Notes: generated by a model not told the origin, from the sequence alone. A stretch of DNA of 64,000 nt from an uncultured Pelagibacteraceae bacterium (GCA_902537665.1 CACBCE010000006.1:152-64151); one strand, 5' to 3'; shown: positions 28,551 through 38,140, counted from the first letter of the stretch. Numbers and translations are program-made.

Positions 28551-29901
28551 AGAATTTGACTATACTAAACTAAAGCATGTTACCTCTGTTGATCAGTCAG
28601 ATCGAAAAGTACCATACAATTTAAGACAAAGTGGGCCTACAAAAGTTGAAATGTTAATTTCAACAAGAGTAAGAAAATCACCATATTGGCATTTATCAAT
28701 GCAAGCAGGTTGTTGGAGAGCAACTGTTTATAATCGAATTTATCATCCTAGGGGATATGTGAAACCTGAAGATGGTGGTGCAATGGTTGAGTATGATGCA
28801 ATTGTAAATCATGTAACTATGTGGAATGTTGCTGTTGAAAGACAGATCCAAGTAAAAGGTCCTGATGCAGAAAAATTTGTTGATTACGTGATAACTCGAG
28901 ATGCAACAAAAATCTCTCCGATGCGAGCAAGATATGTAATTTTATGTAATGCTTACGGAGGAGTTTTAAATGATCCAATTCTTTTAAGAATTGCAAAAGA
29001 TGAATTTTGGTTTTCTTTATCGGATTCTGACATAGGAATGTATCTTCAAGGTGTTAATGCAGACGGTAAATTTAATTGCACTATCGAAGAAATAGATGCA
29101 TGTCCTGTTCAAATTCAAGGGCCTAAATCAAAAGCGCTTATGAAAGAATTGTTAGGTGATCAGGTTGATTTAGAAAATATGCCTTTCTATGGTTTAGCTG
29201 AAGTTAAGGTTGCCGGAAGAAGTTGTGTTATCTCTCAATCAGGTTTTTCAGGTGAAGCTGGATATGAAATATATTTAAGGAATGCAACTTTATATGCCGA
29301 TGAGATGTGGAATGCTGTTCTTGAAGCTGGAAAAAAACACCAGCTAATGGTTATTGCCCCTGCTCACCACAGAAGAATTCAAGCTGGGATTCTTTCTTGG
29401 GGTCAAGATATGGATCAACAACATAACCCTTTCCAGTGTAATTTAGGTTATCAAGTTTCTTTATCAGGAAAAGGAGAATGGAAAAAAACTTCTGATTACG
29501 TAGGAAAACAAGCTCTTGAGAAAATGAAAGCCGAAATTAAATCTGGAAAAAAACCATATAAGCTACAGTTGGTTGGTCTTGAGTTAGGAGGAAAACCAAT
29601 AGATGATTACGCACCAGATTTTTGGTTGATATCTAATGAAGATGGTGGTGATCCAGTTGGTTTTGTAACATCACCTTGGTATCACCCTGAGAAAAAAACA
29701 AATATAGCCATGGGGTATGTCCCTTTTGATGGAACATTGAATGCTAATGGTTTTCCAAAAGGAAAGGTTGGAAAGAAATTTAAAGTTCATTTACCAGAGA
29801 AATATTCAGATAAACCTGGAACACCTGTTGATGCTGTTATAGTTGATATTCCATTTAAGGAATCTTATAACGCTAACACAAGAGAAGTGGTATCAGGTTA
29901 A
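28543..29901 (+). CDS. GcvT-family THF-dependent demethylase, DmdA-like
   Basis: SD AGGAG 7 nt upstream; RVRKSPY, TVYNR, WNVAVERQI, NDPILLR, SGFSGEAGYEIY, RRIQAG. Confidence 0.85.
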   Translation: MSKEFDYTKLKHVTSVDQSDRKVPYNLRQSGPTKVEMLISTRVRKSPYWHLSMQAGCWRATVYNRIYHPRGYVKPEDGGAMVEYDAIVNHVTMWNVAVERQIQVKGPDAEKFVDYVITRDATKISPMRARYVILCNAYGGVLNDPILLRIAKDEFWFSLSDSDIGMYLQGVNADGKFNCTIEEIDACPVQIQGPKSKALMKELLGDQVDLENMPFYGLAEVKVAGRSCVISQSGFSGEAGYEIYLRNATLYADEMWNAVLEAGKKHQLMVIAPAHHRRIQAGILSWGQDMDQQHNPFQCNLGYQVSLSGKGEWKKTSDYVGKQALEKMKAEIKSGKKPYKLQLVGLELGGKPIDDYAPDFWLISNEDGGDPVGFVTSPWYHPEKKTNIAMGYVPFDGTLNANGFPKGKVGKKFKVHLPEKYSDKPGTPVDAVIVDIPFKESYNANTREVVSG

Positions 29902-29907
29902 TTATTT

Positions 29908-29936
29908 TTTTAGGGGAGTTTTTGCTCCCCTTAAAA
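29908..29936. terminator. hairpin 3' of GcvT-like gene
   Basis: ttttaggggag-tttttg-ctcccct-taaaa; no downstream U-run, so may be a stabiliser. Confidence 0.45.
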
Positions 29937-29942
29937 TCATAA

Positions 29943-30047
29943 ATGACAAAGAGTTTCATTATTGCAGTTTGCATTATCATCGCTATTGCATTATTACTAT
30001 TTCCGTTGATTGTATCTTACAAAGAACAAAAAAATAAAAAAAAATAA
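29943..30047 (+). CDS. 34-aa single-TM small protein
   Basis: MTKSFIIAVCIIIAIALLLFPLIVSYKEQKNKKK; stop abuts next ATG (TAAATG). Confidence 0.55.
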   Translation: MTKSFIIAVCIIIAIALLLFPLIVSYKEQKNKKK

Positions 30048-30590
30048 ATGTTTGCTGAATTTTTAAATATAATTTTTAAATCTATAAAATTAGATAAGAC
30101 ACTTTATAGTGATAATAAAAATTTTGGTGAAGCTGCGATATATTTCGCAGGTTTAATAATGATATTAGATGGTGTAGCTGGAGCTGTGGCTGCAAATACT
30201 GTGGTAAAAACAGCTATAGGTATGTCTGGTCTTACGGCAATTTTAACATGGTTCATTTGGGCAATTTTTATTTATGTGATCGGTGTAAAATTATTTCCAG
30301 ATAAACAAACAAAAGTACCTTTTAAAAAAGTTCTGGTAGCAGTTGGTTTTGCTCATTCACCAGGTTTACTAAGATTTTTTGCATTAACCCCCGAATTAAT
30401 GATACCAATCATTTTTCTTACTCAATTCTGGATTTTTGCAAGTTTAATTATTTCAACAAAACAAATTTTAAATTTAAAATCTAATTTTAAAGCGTTTGGA
30501 ATAATATTTTTATCATTTTTAATTATTGCTTTTTTATCAATATCTTTTGTTATGAGTAGAATGAATGCTTTACCAATAAATAGTATCTAA
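30048..30590 (+). CDS. YIP1-family membrane protein
   Basis: Five TM segments, GFAHSPGLL motif. Confidence 0.7.
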   Translation: MFAEFLNIIFKSIKLDKTLYSDNKNFGEAAIYFAGLIMILDGVAGAVAANTVVKTAIGMSGLTAILTWFIWAIFIYVIGVKLFPDKQTKVPFKKVLVAVGFAHSPGLLRFFALTPELMIPIIFLTQFWIFASLIISTKQILNLKSNFKAFGIIFLSFLIIAFLSISFVMSRMNALPINSI

Positions 30591-30757
30591 ATTGGAAAGA
30601 TTGTTTTCGAAACCCTGCATGATTTACAGATTTTAAATCCAGTCAAAATTAAATTTTGAGTAACACTCTCATCAGTTTTTTTACATTCATCACAGATATC
30701 GTTTAATTCATCAACGTTTGTCTTATGCTGATCTTTTATATTATCATCTTCAATCAT
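30587..30757 (-). CDS. small zinc-finger-like protein (56 aa)
   Basis: Read by hand: MIEDDNIKDQHKTNVDELNDICDECKKTDESVTQNLILTGFKICKSCRVSKTIFPI; two CxxC; start overlaps upstream stop. Confidence 0.65.
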   Translation of the reverse strand: MIEDDNIKDQHKTNVDELNDICDECKKTDESVTQNLILTGFKICKSCRVSKTIFPI

Positions 30758-31361
30758 TATCAGTTAAACCAGCCCCTGCTGCCCCTTTTTTTAAACTTTC
30801 TGTTTCTTCAACAAAAGTTTTTTCTGATAATTGATATAAACTTTTCCAATCTTGCTCAGTAAAGTTGTCATTATTTTCTAAAATTTTTACCTCTACTTTG
30901 TTTGCAATATTTGGACAATTTTTATTTAATAAGTTTGTGGAAATATTAACATTAATATTTAATAGAAATTCGTTTTTTTCAAACTTAAAAAAAATTTTTT
31001 TACCAATAACCTCAGAGCTTCTACTAAGAAATGGTAAAAATAGTAACGGGTATGCAATCTTGGAAAAATTAATAGTTTTTATTTTTTCAATTTTTTCAAT
31101 TTGATCTAAAAAACTTACACCTAAAATAATTGGGCAGTAAGAAAATTCATAACATTCGTTATTTTGATTAATTAGATTAAGATTCTCAAAATTTTTGTCT
31201 TTTTTTTCATTTAAATATTGATTTAAATTTTTAATTCCCTCAAAGTTAAACATTTCTAGTAATCTTACACTTTTTCCAACTTCTTCGCTTATTCCCCAAG
31301 AATAACCTAATGCTCTACTCGCGCGTTTAGAGGTTGTTTCAATTTCACTTAAAGATTTCAT
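30750..31361 (-). CDS. DUF3726-like protein
   Basis: SLSEIETTSKRASRALGYSWG start, CPIILG, C-terminal GAAGAGLTDND. Confidence 0.75.
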   Translation of the reverse strand: MKSLSEIETTSKRASRALGYSWGISEEVGKSVRLLEMFNFEGIKNLNQYLNEKKDKNFENLNLINQNNECYEFSYCPIILGVSFLDQIEKIEKIKTINFSKIAYPLLFLPFLSRSSEVIGKKIFFKFEKNEFLLNINVNISTNLLNKNCPNIANKVEVKILENNDNFTEQDWKSLYQLSEKTFVEETESLKKGAAGAGLTDND

Positions 31362-31370
31362 AAAATTTAA

Positions 31371-33023
31371 TCAACAATAGACCCAATGCTGATTATAATC
31401 TTTTAATTCATGCGGAAGTGGTGCTCCTTGAAACATACAAATTCTTAACCACTTATCTGATCTAGGATCAAATTTTAGTGCGCCAAAAAAAGATAATTTT
31501 AATCGTAGCATATCGATTGGTACAACGTTTTCATTAATTGTATTATCTTGAATTTCAGCATATGGAAATTTTTCAACAATAAATGCGCGTCTTATAACAT
31601 GTCTTAAATCTGCATTATTCATCAAAAACCTATCTATAGTTAAATCATCTTTACATGAAATTAACTGGTCATTTAGTTTTTTAATATCTCTAGCAATTGC
31701 AAGAGGTTGCTCTAATTCTGCACCTACTTCCTCAAAACGATCTGCATACCTAGGCTCTTCCTTATTTTTAGAAATAAACCAAAAATTTCTTAAATTTGAT
31801 TTATCTTTGAAATCAATCTTAAGAATATCTGAATATCTTTGTTTTAAAATATTTTTAAGATCTAAAACTGTTCGTTCTGTGGGAATTCTAAAATACTTTT
31901 CCTCATCTGAGCTCATTTTTTTTATTAATGGCTGAACAATTTTATCAAAAGGTTCCATCATCATGGACACGATATACTCAATAGTTTCTTCACAAGTTTC
32001 TTTCTCTAACCATAAATATATTTGATTGAAAGGATATGGAGTTGTAAAATCTAATTGATTTTCGATAAATTCTAAAAATTTTTTAACATTGAAAAGTAGT
32101 GAATTTATTTTTTTTGTTTGAAATTCACTTTCAGAATTCCAACTTGTAATATTTTTTAAGGAACCTTTAACACATCTTTTGAATAAATCTGAATCTTTTG
32201 AATTTACATTTTTAATTTCTCTAATTTCTTTTAATGCGATTTCTCTTGATAAAATCCAATTATTTAACAAGGTAGGATGATTTACAATAAAAGGTGCCAT
32301 TCCTAGTCCAGTTGAATTTCCAATGCCAAGGTTTCTACAAATTTTTGGTTCTAAACATACAGCTTTCTTTGGATTTTTATGCTTTGCTACATGATTAACC
32401 TGATCAAAAGTGAATTGCCTTACTAAATAGACCAACATCATCTCTAATCTAAATGGTCCATTAATTTCTGCCCTATTTTTAATTCTAAATCGATCTGCTA
32501 AACCAAACTTTCCAGAACCATAAACGGCGGTAGTTCTATATAAGTATCCAACTTTTTCTAATAAATTTAAATCTGGCTGATTACCTTCGCTTAACTTTTC
32601 AACTACGTGATTAAAAACTCTAACCGATTTATTTGCTCTAGATAAGGTTAGTTCCTTATATGAAAGTCTGCCAACCTCTTGTCTTGGGACTTCATTCTTC
32701 AATCTTTCAATATCTTTTTTTGAGGGAACCCCATCATGCAAAGTAAAGGCAGCATCCCACTTTGTTGCAATAACTCTATCTGATCTATCATTATCATCAA
32801 TCTTGTTAGCAAAACAAACTAAGGAGTAAACTCTTTTATCTTTTTTGAAGGAATATATCGCTACTCCATATCCGCCAGGATCTAAGTTGAATAAATCTCT
32901 TTTGTATTCCCAGTCTTTGAATTCATCTAAAAAACTTCTTAAAAATGATAATTTAGATTGATGGAAAGACCCTAGTCTAGACAATTTCATTATTATATTT
33001 GGATCTCTTAATTCGACTTTCAT
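31371..33023 (-). CDS. conserved hypothetical protein (550 aa)
   Basis: Long ORF in operon; enzyme-like blocks RTTAVYGSGKFG, GIGNSTGLGMAPF, KEEPR, KFDPRSD; no family recognised. Confidence 0.85.
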   Translation of the reverse strand: MKVELRDPNIIMKLSRLGSFHQSKLSFLRSFLDEFKDWEYKRDLFNLDPGGYGVAIYSFKKDKRVYSLVCFANKIDDNDRSDRVIATKWDAAFTLHDGVPSKKDIERLKNEVPRQEVGRLSYKELTLSRANKSVRVFNHVVEKLSEGNQPDLNLLEKVGYLYRTTAVYGSGKFGLADRFRIKNRAEINGPFRLEMMLVYLVRQFTFDQVNHVAKHKNPKKAVCLEPKICRNLGIGNSTGLGMAPFIVNHPTLLNNWILSREIALKEIREIKNVNSKDSDLFKRCVKGSLKNITSWNSESEFQTKKINSLLFNVKKFLEFIENQLDFTTPYPFNQIYLWLEKETCEETIEYIVSMMMEPFDKIVQPLIKKMSSDEEKYFRIPTERTVLDLKNILKQRYSDILKIDFKDKSNLRNFWFISKNKEEPRYADRFEEVGAELEQPLAIARDIKKLNDQLISCKDDLTIDRFLMNNADLRHVIRRAFIVEKFPYAEIQDNTINENVVPIDMLRLKLSFFGALKFDPRSDKWLRICMFQGAPLPHELKDYNQHWVYC

Positions 33024-33026
33024 ACT

Positions 33027-34019
33027 TTAAATATTTCTATAAAAATTATACCAATTGTTGCCTAATATCCCATTAGTTTCTTCCTCAGAAAATCCAACTT
33101 TTCTTAATCCCTTTTCTATATTAAAAAAACCTCTAGCATCCTCAAACCAACCTGGTTGTTTAGGGAAACCAGGTTTGTTCTTTGAGCCTTCCCCATAATT
33201 TTTGTTTTTAGACCAGGTACCGTTCCTCATCCATTCTACAATTTCATCAGGTTGATTCAAACATAAGTCAGATCCAATACCGATATTTTTGATACTCATT
33301 ATATCTGACGTTCTAGCAATCATTTCACAAAAGCTATCCAAAGTACAATTAGTATTATTCTTTAAATGGTGAGGATATAAAGAAAAACCCAAAATTCCTC
33401 CACTATCACTTAAAACTTTTAATAGCTCATTGGATTTATTTCTTTTAGCAGCATGCCAAAAGCTTGGGTTAGCATGTGTGATTGCAATTGGTTTATCACT
33501 TATTTCAATTGCGTCTAATGTGCTTTTTTCAGCAGAATGGGACATGTCTATAACTATTCCAACTCTGTTCATTTCTTTAATGACTTCACGTCCAAAATTA
33601 GTTACTCCGCTATCAATTTTTTCATAACAGCCGGTTGCTAGAAGAGATTGGTTATTATAAGTTAATTGCATAAAACGACATCCAAGTTTATGTACTTTTT
33701 CTACTAGAGATATGTCATCCTCAATTGGTGAGCAGTTTTGGAATCCAAAAAAAATTGCAGTTTTTTTTTCTAATTTAGCTTTTTCAATATCTTTAAAATT
33801 CGTGCCTTGAAAAATTAAATCTGAATTTTTCTCAAAAAGTTTTTGCCACTTTTTAATTTCATTTAAAAATTCATTATAATCCTCATGATAAACAATTGTT
33901 ACATGAACAGCATCTAACTCAGCTTGTCTATTAATTTCAAAAACTTCTCTTGTCCAATTACAATACTGTAAATTATCAATTTTATATTTCATGAGTTTAA
34001 TTTTATTAAACCATATCAA
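33027..34019 (-). CDS. membrane (renal) dipeptidase family protein, peptidase M19
   Basis: GFQN, MQLTYN, IDMSH, ITHAN, GIGSD, ILGNNW; true start possibly 33992. Confidence 0.85.
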   Translation of the reverse strand: MIWFNKIKLMKYKIDNLQYCNWTREVFEINRQAELDAVHVTIVYHEDYNEFLNEIKKWQKLFEKNSDLIFQGTNFKDIEKAKLEKKTAIFFGFQNCSPIEDDISLVEKVHKLGCRFMQLTYNNQSLLATGCYEKIDSGVTNFGREVIKEMNRVGIVIDMSHSAEKSTLDAIEISDKPIAITHANPSFWHAAKRNKSNELLKVLSDSGGILGFSLYPHHLKNNTNCTLDSFCEMIARTSDIMSIKNIGIGSDLCLNQPDEIVEWMRNGTWSKNKNYGEGSKNKPGFPKQPGWFEDARGFFNIEKGLRKVGFSEEETNGILGNNWYNFYRNI

Positions 34020-34092
34020 TATGTATTTGAAATTCTATTAATTTATTGAAATTTCAACAATTTTTTGAAATAAAGTTTCAATAAATATATTC

Positions 34093-34581
34093 ATGAATAA
34101 AAAAAATCTTAAAGTTTCAATAGTGATGGGCAGTCAATCTGACTTTAAAACGATGAAATTAGCAAAACAAATTTTAAAAAAACTTAAAGTTCCTATGGAA
34201 ATAAAGATTATTTCTGCACACAGAACTCCAATGAGAATGTATAAGTACGCATCTGATGCAGAAAAAAATAATATTGGGGTAATTATTGCAGGAGCAGGAG
34301 GTTCCGCACATTTGCCTGGAATGATTGCAGCACTTACTCAAATACCTGTATTAGGTGTCCCAATTGAGAGTAAAAAACTCAAAGGCTTAGACAGCTTATT
34401 GTCTATCGCTCAAATGCCAAAAGGAATTCCTGTAGGGACACTGGCGATAGGAGAAGATGGAGCAATTAATGCAGCCATACTTGCTGCTTCAATTATTTCT
34501 AATAGTAATCCAAGCGTTAAGTCTAGACTTAGAAGTTGGAGATTGTCTCAAACAAAATCAGTCAAAAAAAATCCAAAATAA
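34093..34581 (+). CDS. purE: N5-CAIR mutase
   Basis: VMGSQSD, SAHRTP, AGAGGSAHLPGM, QMPKGIPVGT. Confidence 0.97.
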   Translation: MNKKNLKVSIVMGSQSDFKTMKLAKQILKKLKVPMEIKIISAHRTPMRMYKYASDAEKNNIGVIIAGAGGSAHLPGMIAALTQIPVLGVPIESKKLKGLDSLLSIAQMPKGIPVGTLAIGEDGAINAAILAASIISNSNPSVKSRLRSWRLSQTKSVKKNPK

Positions 34582-34585
34582 TTCA

Positions 34586-35632
34586 ATGTCTGAAATTAGA
34601 TTAGGAATTCTTGGTGGTGGTCAATTAGGTAGTATGTTGTCAGTTGCTGCAAAAAAATTAAATATCAAAACTTTGATTTACTCAGATGATAAAGATGCAC
34701 CTGCACAAAATTTCTGTGATGAATTCATGTTTGGTGATTACAAAGATAAAAATAAAATTAACGATTTTGTTAAAAAGGTAAGTATAGTTACCTATGAATT
34801 TGAAAATATTCCTTATGAAACTTTAAATGAAATAAATAAATTCAAAACAGTCAATCCAAAGCCATCGATAAATAGATTAATACAACATCGTTTAGCTGAA
34901 AAAGATTTTGTGAATAAATTAAATATCAGAACTACAAGATATGTTAATATAGAAAGAAAATCAGATTTAGAGACACTTAGTGATTTTTTGCCAGGAATTT
35001 TAAAAACATCGACCATGGGTTATGATGGAAAAGGACAATATCCTATTAAATCACTAAATGATTTAAAAGGATTAAATATAGATTTTTCAAAAGAATATAT
35101 TCTTGAAAAACTGGTTAAATTAAAAAAAGAAATCTCTGTTATAATTACCAGATTTGGCAATAACAGATATGAAATTTATGAGGCAATCGAAAATATACAT
35201 GAAAACCAAATTTTAAAAAAATCTAAAATTCCTGCTGATATTGGCAATAAACTTATTGATCAATCTAGAGAGTGGAGTAAACAAATTTCCGAGGAATTAA
35301 AATACATTGGTACACTTTGTGTAGAATTTTTTATTGATAGAAATGATAATCTATACGTGAATGAAATTGCACCAAGAGTTCATAATTCTGGCCATTTAAC
35401 TATTAATGCTTTTAATATTAGTCAGTTTGAAAATCATTTAAGAGCAGTTTGTTCTTTAAAACAAATTCCCTTAAAGAAATTATATAATGCAGAAATGATA
35501 AATCTTATAGGTAATCAAATTACCCCATATAGACAAAATATAAATTTAAACGATAATGAATTTTTTTTCGATTATCAAAAAAAAGAAATAAAAGATAAAA
35601 GAAAAATGGGTCATTTAACAAAAATTTTATAA
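34586..35632 (+). CDS. purK: N5-CAIR synthetase
   Basis: Start MSEIRLGILGGGQLG; TYEFEN, GYDGKGQ, NEIAPRVHNSGH, RKMGH. Confidence 0.95.
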   Translation: MSEIRLGILGGGQLGSMLSVAAKKLNIKTLIYSDDKDAPAQNFCDEFMFGDYKDKNKINDFVKKVSIVTYEFENIPYETLNEINKFKTVNPKPSINRLIQHRLAEKDFVNKLNIRTTRYVNIERKSDLETLSDFLPGILKTSTMGYDGKGQYPIKSLNDLKGLNIDFSKEYILEKLVKLKKEISVIITRFGNNRYEIYEAIENIHENQILKKSKIPADIGNKLIDQSREWSKQISEELKYIGTLCVEFFIDRNDNLYVNEIAPRVHNSGHLTINAFNISQFENHLRAVCSLKQIPLKKLYNAEMINLIGNQITPYRQNINLNDNEFFFDYQKKEIKDKRKMGHLTKIL

Positions 35633-36099
35633 TGTTTAAAACTATTGAAGGAAACTTCGAAAATTCAGATGTTAATGAACTTTTAAAAAAACATTTTATA
35701 GAACTAAGGGCAGCTTCTCCTGAGGGAAGTGCGCATGTTTTGGATATCGAAGGTTTAAAAGTACCATCTATTAAGTTTTGGAGCTTATGGAATGATGATA
35801 AATTGATCGGTTGTGGCGCTCTTAAAATTTTAGAAAAAGATCACGGTGAATTCAAATCAATAAGATTACATGATGATTTTAGGAATAAAGGGAATGGAAT
35901 AAAACTTGTTGATCATTTGTTAAATGAAGCAAAAAAATTAAATATTAAACGAATTAGCGTAGAAACAGGAGCAGGAAAATTCTTTAAACCAGCAAGAAAA
36001 CTATTTGATTTATGTGGATTTAAGCCTTGTAAACCGTTTGCTCACTATAAAGAGGATAAAAATTCTATTTATTTGTCAAAATTAATAAACAACACTTAA
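35632..36099 (+). CDS. GNAT N-acetyltransferase (YedL/YsnE-like)
   Basis: GCGALK, GEFKSIR, RISVETG, PARKLF. Confidence 0.85.
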   Translation: MFKTIEGNFENSDVNELLKKHFIELRAASPEGSAHVLDIEGLKVPSIKFWSLWNDDKLIGCGALKILEKDHGEFKSIRLHDDFRNKGNGIKLVDHLLNEAKKLNIKRISVETGAGKFFKPARKLFDLCGFKPCKPFAHYKEDKNSIYLSKLINNT

Positions 36100-36216
36100 A
36101 AATTAAATTTTAAGTATTGATCTATTTTGTTGACAAAACTAATTAAATTATAAAGAAAGTCATTATTGCTTAAATATAAGTAATAAATTAACAAACAAAA
36201 AAGTAAGAAGAAAAAT

Positions 36217-36423
36217 ATGAGTCTACAAGGAAAAGTAAAGTGGTTCAATCCAACCAAAGGTTTTGGTTTTATTGAAAGAGATGATAAAGAAAAAGATGTG
36301 TTTGTACATGTTTCAGCTGTAAGAGATGCTGGTATGAACGGTTTAGATGAGGGTCAAGCTTTGACTTTCGATGTTGAAGATGGTCCCAAAGGTCCCTCAG
36401 CAGTTAACTTAAAAACTGCATAA
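36217..36423 (+). CDS. cold-shock domain RNA-binding protein
   Basis: GKVKWFN, KGFGFI (RNP1), VFVHVSA (RNP2), [10 protein letters not shown]. Confidence 0.96.
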   Translation: MSLQGKVKWFNPTKGFGFIERDDKEKDVFVHVSAVRDAGMNGLDEGQALTFDVEDGPKGPSAVNLKTA

Positions 36424-36438
36424 TTTTCATTACATAGG

Positions 36439-36492
36439 TTATTGGCTATAAGATTTACAATGTGATAATATTTGTATATTTGTAGCCAATAA
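36439..36492 (+). other. long hairpin in csp 3' region
   Basis: ttattggctata / tgtagccaataa 12-bp outer stem (G-U on + strand), inner tacaa/ttgta. Confidence 0.55.
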
Positions 36493-36524
36493 GAAAAATT
36501 TTAAATCGATAAAATAGAAATAGA

Positions 36525-37271
36525 ATGATTGGAATTTTAGGTGGCATGGGCACACAAGCTGGCCTAGACTTTTGTAACAAACTTGCAATCCTTTATCGAG
36601 GAAAAATTGATCAAGAATATCCATTATTTCTCCTTTTCAACAAATCAAATATTCCAGGAAGACCAGAGTCAATAGGTGTTCAAACTAAGAATTTATCAAA
36701 TCGTAAAAAAAATAAAAAAAATGAAAAAAAATACTCATTGGTATTAAAAAGTTTATTACATGGATGTAGTATACTTAAAAAAAGTAAATGTAAGTTTATT
36801 GTTATTCCGTGTAATACAGCACACTATTGGTATGATGATTTAAGAAAAAGAATAAAATTACCAATTATAAACATGCCAAAAGAAGTATTTATTCACACTA
36901 AAAAAACGTGTAAAAAAAATTCATCAATTGGACTATTAGCAACTGAGGGTACTTTAAACACTGGTGTTTACAATAAATTTTTTGATAAAAATTATAATCT
37001 TATTTTTCCAAATATTTCTTTACAAAAAAATTCTGTAAATAAAGCAATAAAATTTGTCAAAATGGGAAATGTAAAAGCTGCCAGCAAAATTATTAAGCCA
37101 GCCATAAATTATTTGATTAAAAAGAAATGTAAAAAAATAATTTTAGGGTGTACCGAATTACCAATAGCCATATTCGCATTCAAATCTTTTAAAAAAATAA
37201 AAACTTCAAAAATTTTTTTAGATCCAAATTTGATATTAGCCAACGCGGCAATGAAAAAATATCGTAAATAA
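36525..37271 (+). CDS. aspartate/glutamate racemase family protein
   Basis: IGILGGMG, PCNTAH, LGCTEL two-Cys catalytic motifs. Confidence 0.92.
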   Translation: MIGILGGMGTQAGLDFCNKLAILYRGKIDQEYPLFLLFNKSNIPGRPESIGVQTKNLSNRKKNKKNEKKYSLVLKSLLHGCSILKKSKCKFIVIPCNTAHYWYDDLRKRIKLPIINMPKEVFIHTKKTCKKNSSIGLLATEGTLNTGVYNKFFDKNYNLIFPNISLQKNSVNKAIKFVKMGNVKAASKIIKPAINYLIKKKCKKIILGCTELPIAIFAFKSFKKIKTSKIFLDPNLILANAAMKKYRK

Positions 37272-37687
37272 TGAAATCTAAAGATAAACCGTATATTTTA
37301 TATGTAGCCGAAAAAATATATTTAGAGGTTTCAGAAATTAAAAAAAAAAATAATGGTTTTTCTAACATAGATGCCATAGATGGTTTTATTGGATCTGAAA
37401 CTTACAAAGAGGTAAGTAGCGGCAAATTTCATGACAATTGGTTTGAGGAATTAAAGAAAAAAAATGAAAAAATTCCTGAGGAGACAATGAGATTACTGAA
37501 AATACAAAGAGAAATGATGATCAAACAATTAATTCAATACCCAGAACTTTATTACACTAAAAGTCATTTTCCTCTAGAGATTTCTCAACGTGCGTTCGAT
37601 CACTTATGGAGAATGTGTGAAAGTTACGAATTATGGTGTAAAGAAACTAACCAAAAAAAATTGATTCTTTTAAATCTTACCGATTAA
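37271..37687 (+). CDS. hypothetical protein
   Basis: 138-aa ORF coupled (TAATG) to the racemase. Confidence 0.65.
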   Translation: MKSKDKPYILYVAEKIYLEVSEIKKKNNGFSNIDAIDGFIGSETYKEVSSGKFHDNWFEELKKKNEKIPEETMRLLKIQREMMIKQLIQYPELYYTKSHFPLEISQRAFDHLWRMCESYELWCKETNQKKLILLNLTD

Positions 37688-38075
37688 TTTTTTGTTGTAT
37701 TAATTTATTGTGAGTCAATTTCACTCTTTTTTCAACTAATAGTTTAAAATCTTTTATTATTTTTGTCTCGTTATTTTGATCAACTAATTTTTGGTGAACT
37801 ATTTTTACTCTTTTTTCTATTAAGTCTTTAAAATCTTTATTTAAGCGATTTTCATTATTATTTTTAGATACTTCTTCAGTAATGTAGTTAAGAGAGCTTT
37901 TGCCAGTTTTTCTTTTTAATTCATTATCAAATACCAATTGAGCAGTTGCTTTAACCAAGTTTCCTGAAGTGGCTACTGTGATTGCAGGACCCAGTACTGC
38001 TGGTAGTGGGACAAAACCCGTCAAAAATAAAAACGACGTTAGAAAAAAACTAAGTTTAAAAAATTTTAAAATCAC
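37677..38075 (-). CDS. hypothetical exported/coiled-coil protein
   Basis: Hydrophobic N-terminus; internal repeat KDFKDLIEKRVKIVHQKL / KDFKLLVEKRVKLTHNKL. Confidence 0.6.
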   Translation of the reverse strand: MILKFFKLSFFLTSFLFLTGFVPLPAVLGPAITVATSGNLVKATAQLVFDNELKRKTGKSSLNYITEEVSKNNNENRLNKDFKDLIEKRVKIVHQKLVDQNNETKIIKDFKLLVEKRVKLTHNKLIQQKINR

Positions 38076-38140
38076 TAAACTAAGTTATTTGATTTAATCA
38101 AAGGCTACAATTAATAGATTGTCCAAAATAAGTTTTAACA

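Noticed and set aside
29843-30037. 64-aa ORF from the track
   Set aside because: Overlaps the GcvT-like gene end and crosses a hairpin; the 29943-30047 frame is more plausible
34457-34585. Extended purK N-terminus (similarly 17348-17407 for DUF2237 and 13635-13655 for sfuC)
   Set aside because: Overlaps the upstream gene or lacks an SD; family motifs start at the later ATG
37700-37860. Internal duplication in the 132-aa ORF as a mobile or repeat element
   Set aside because: Short degenerate coiled-coil duplication within one protein only
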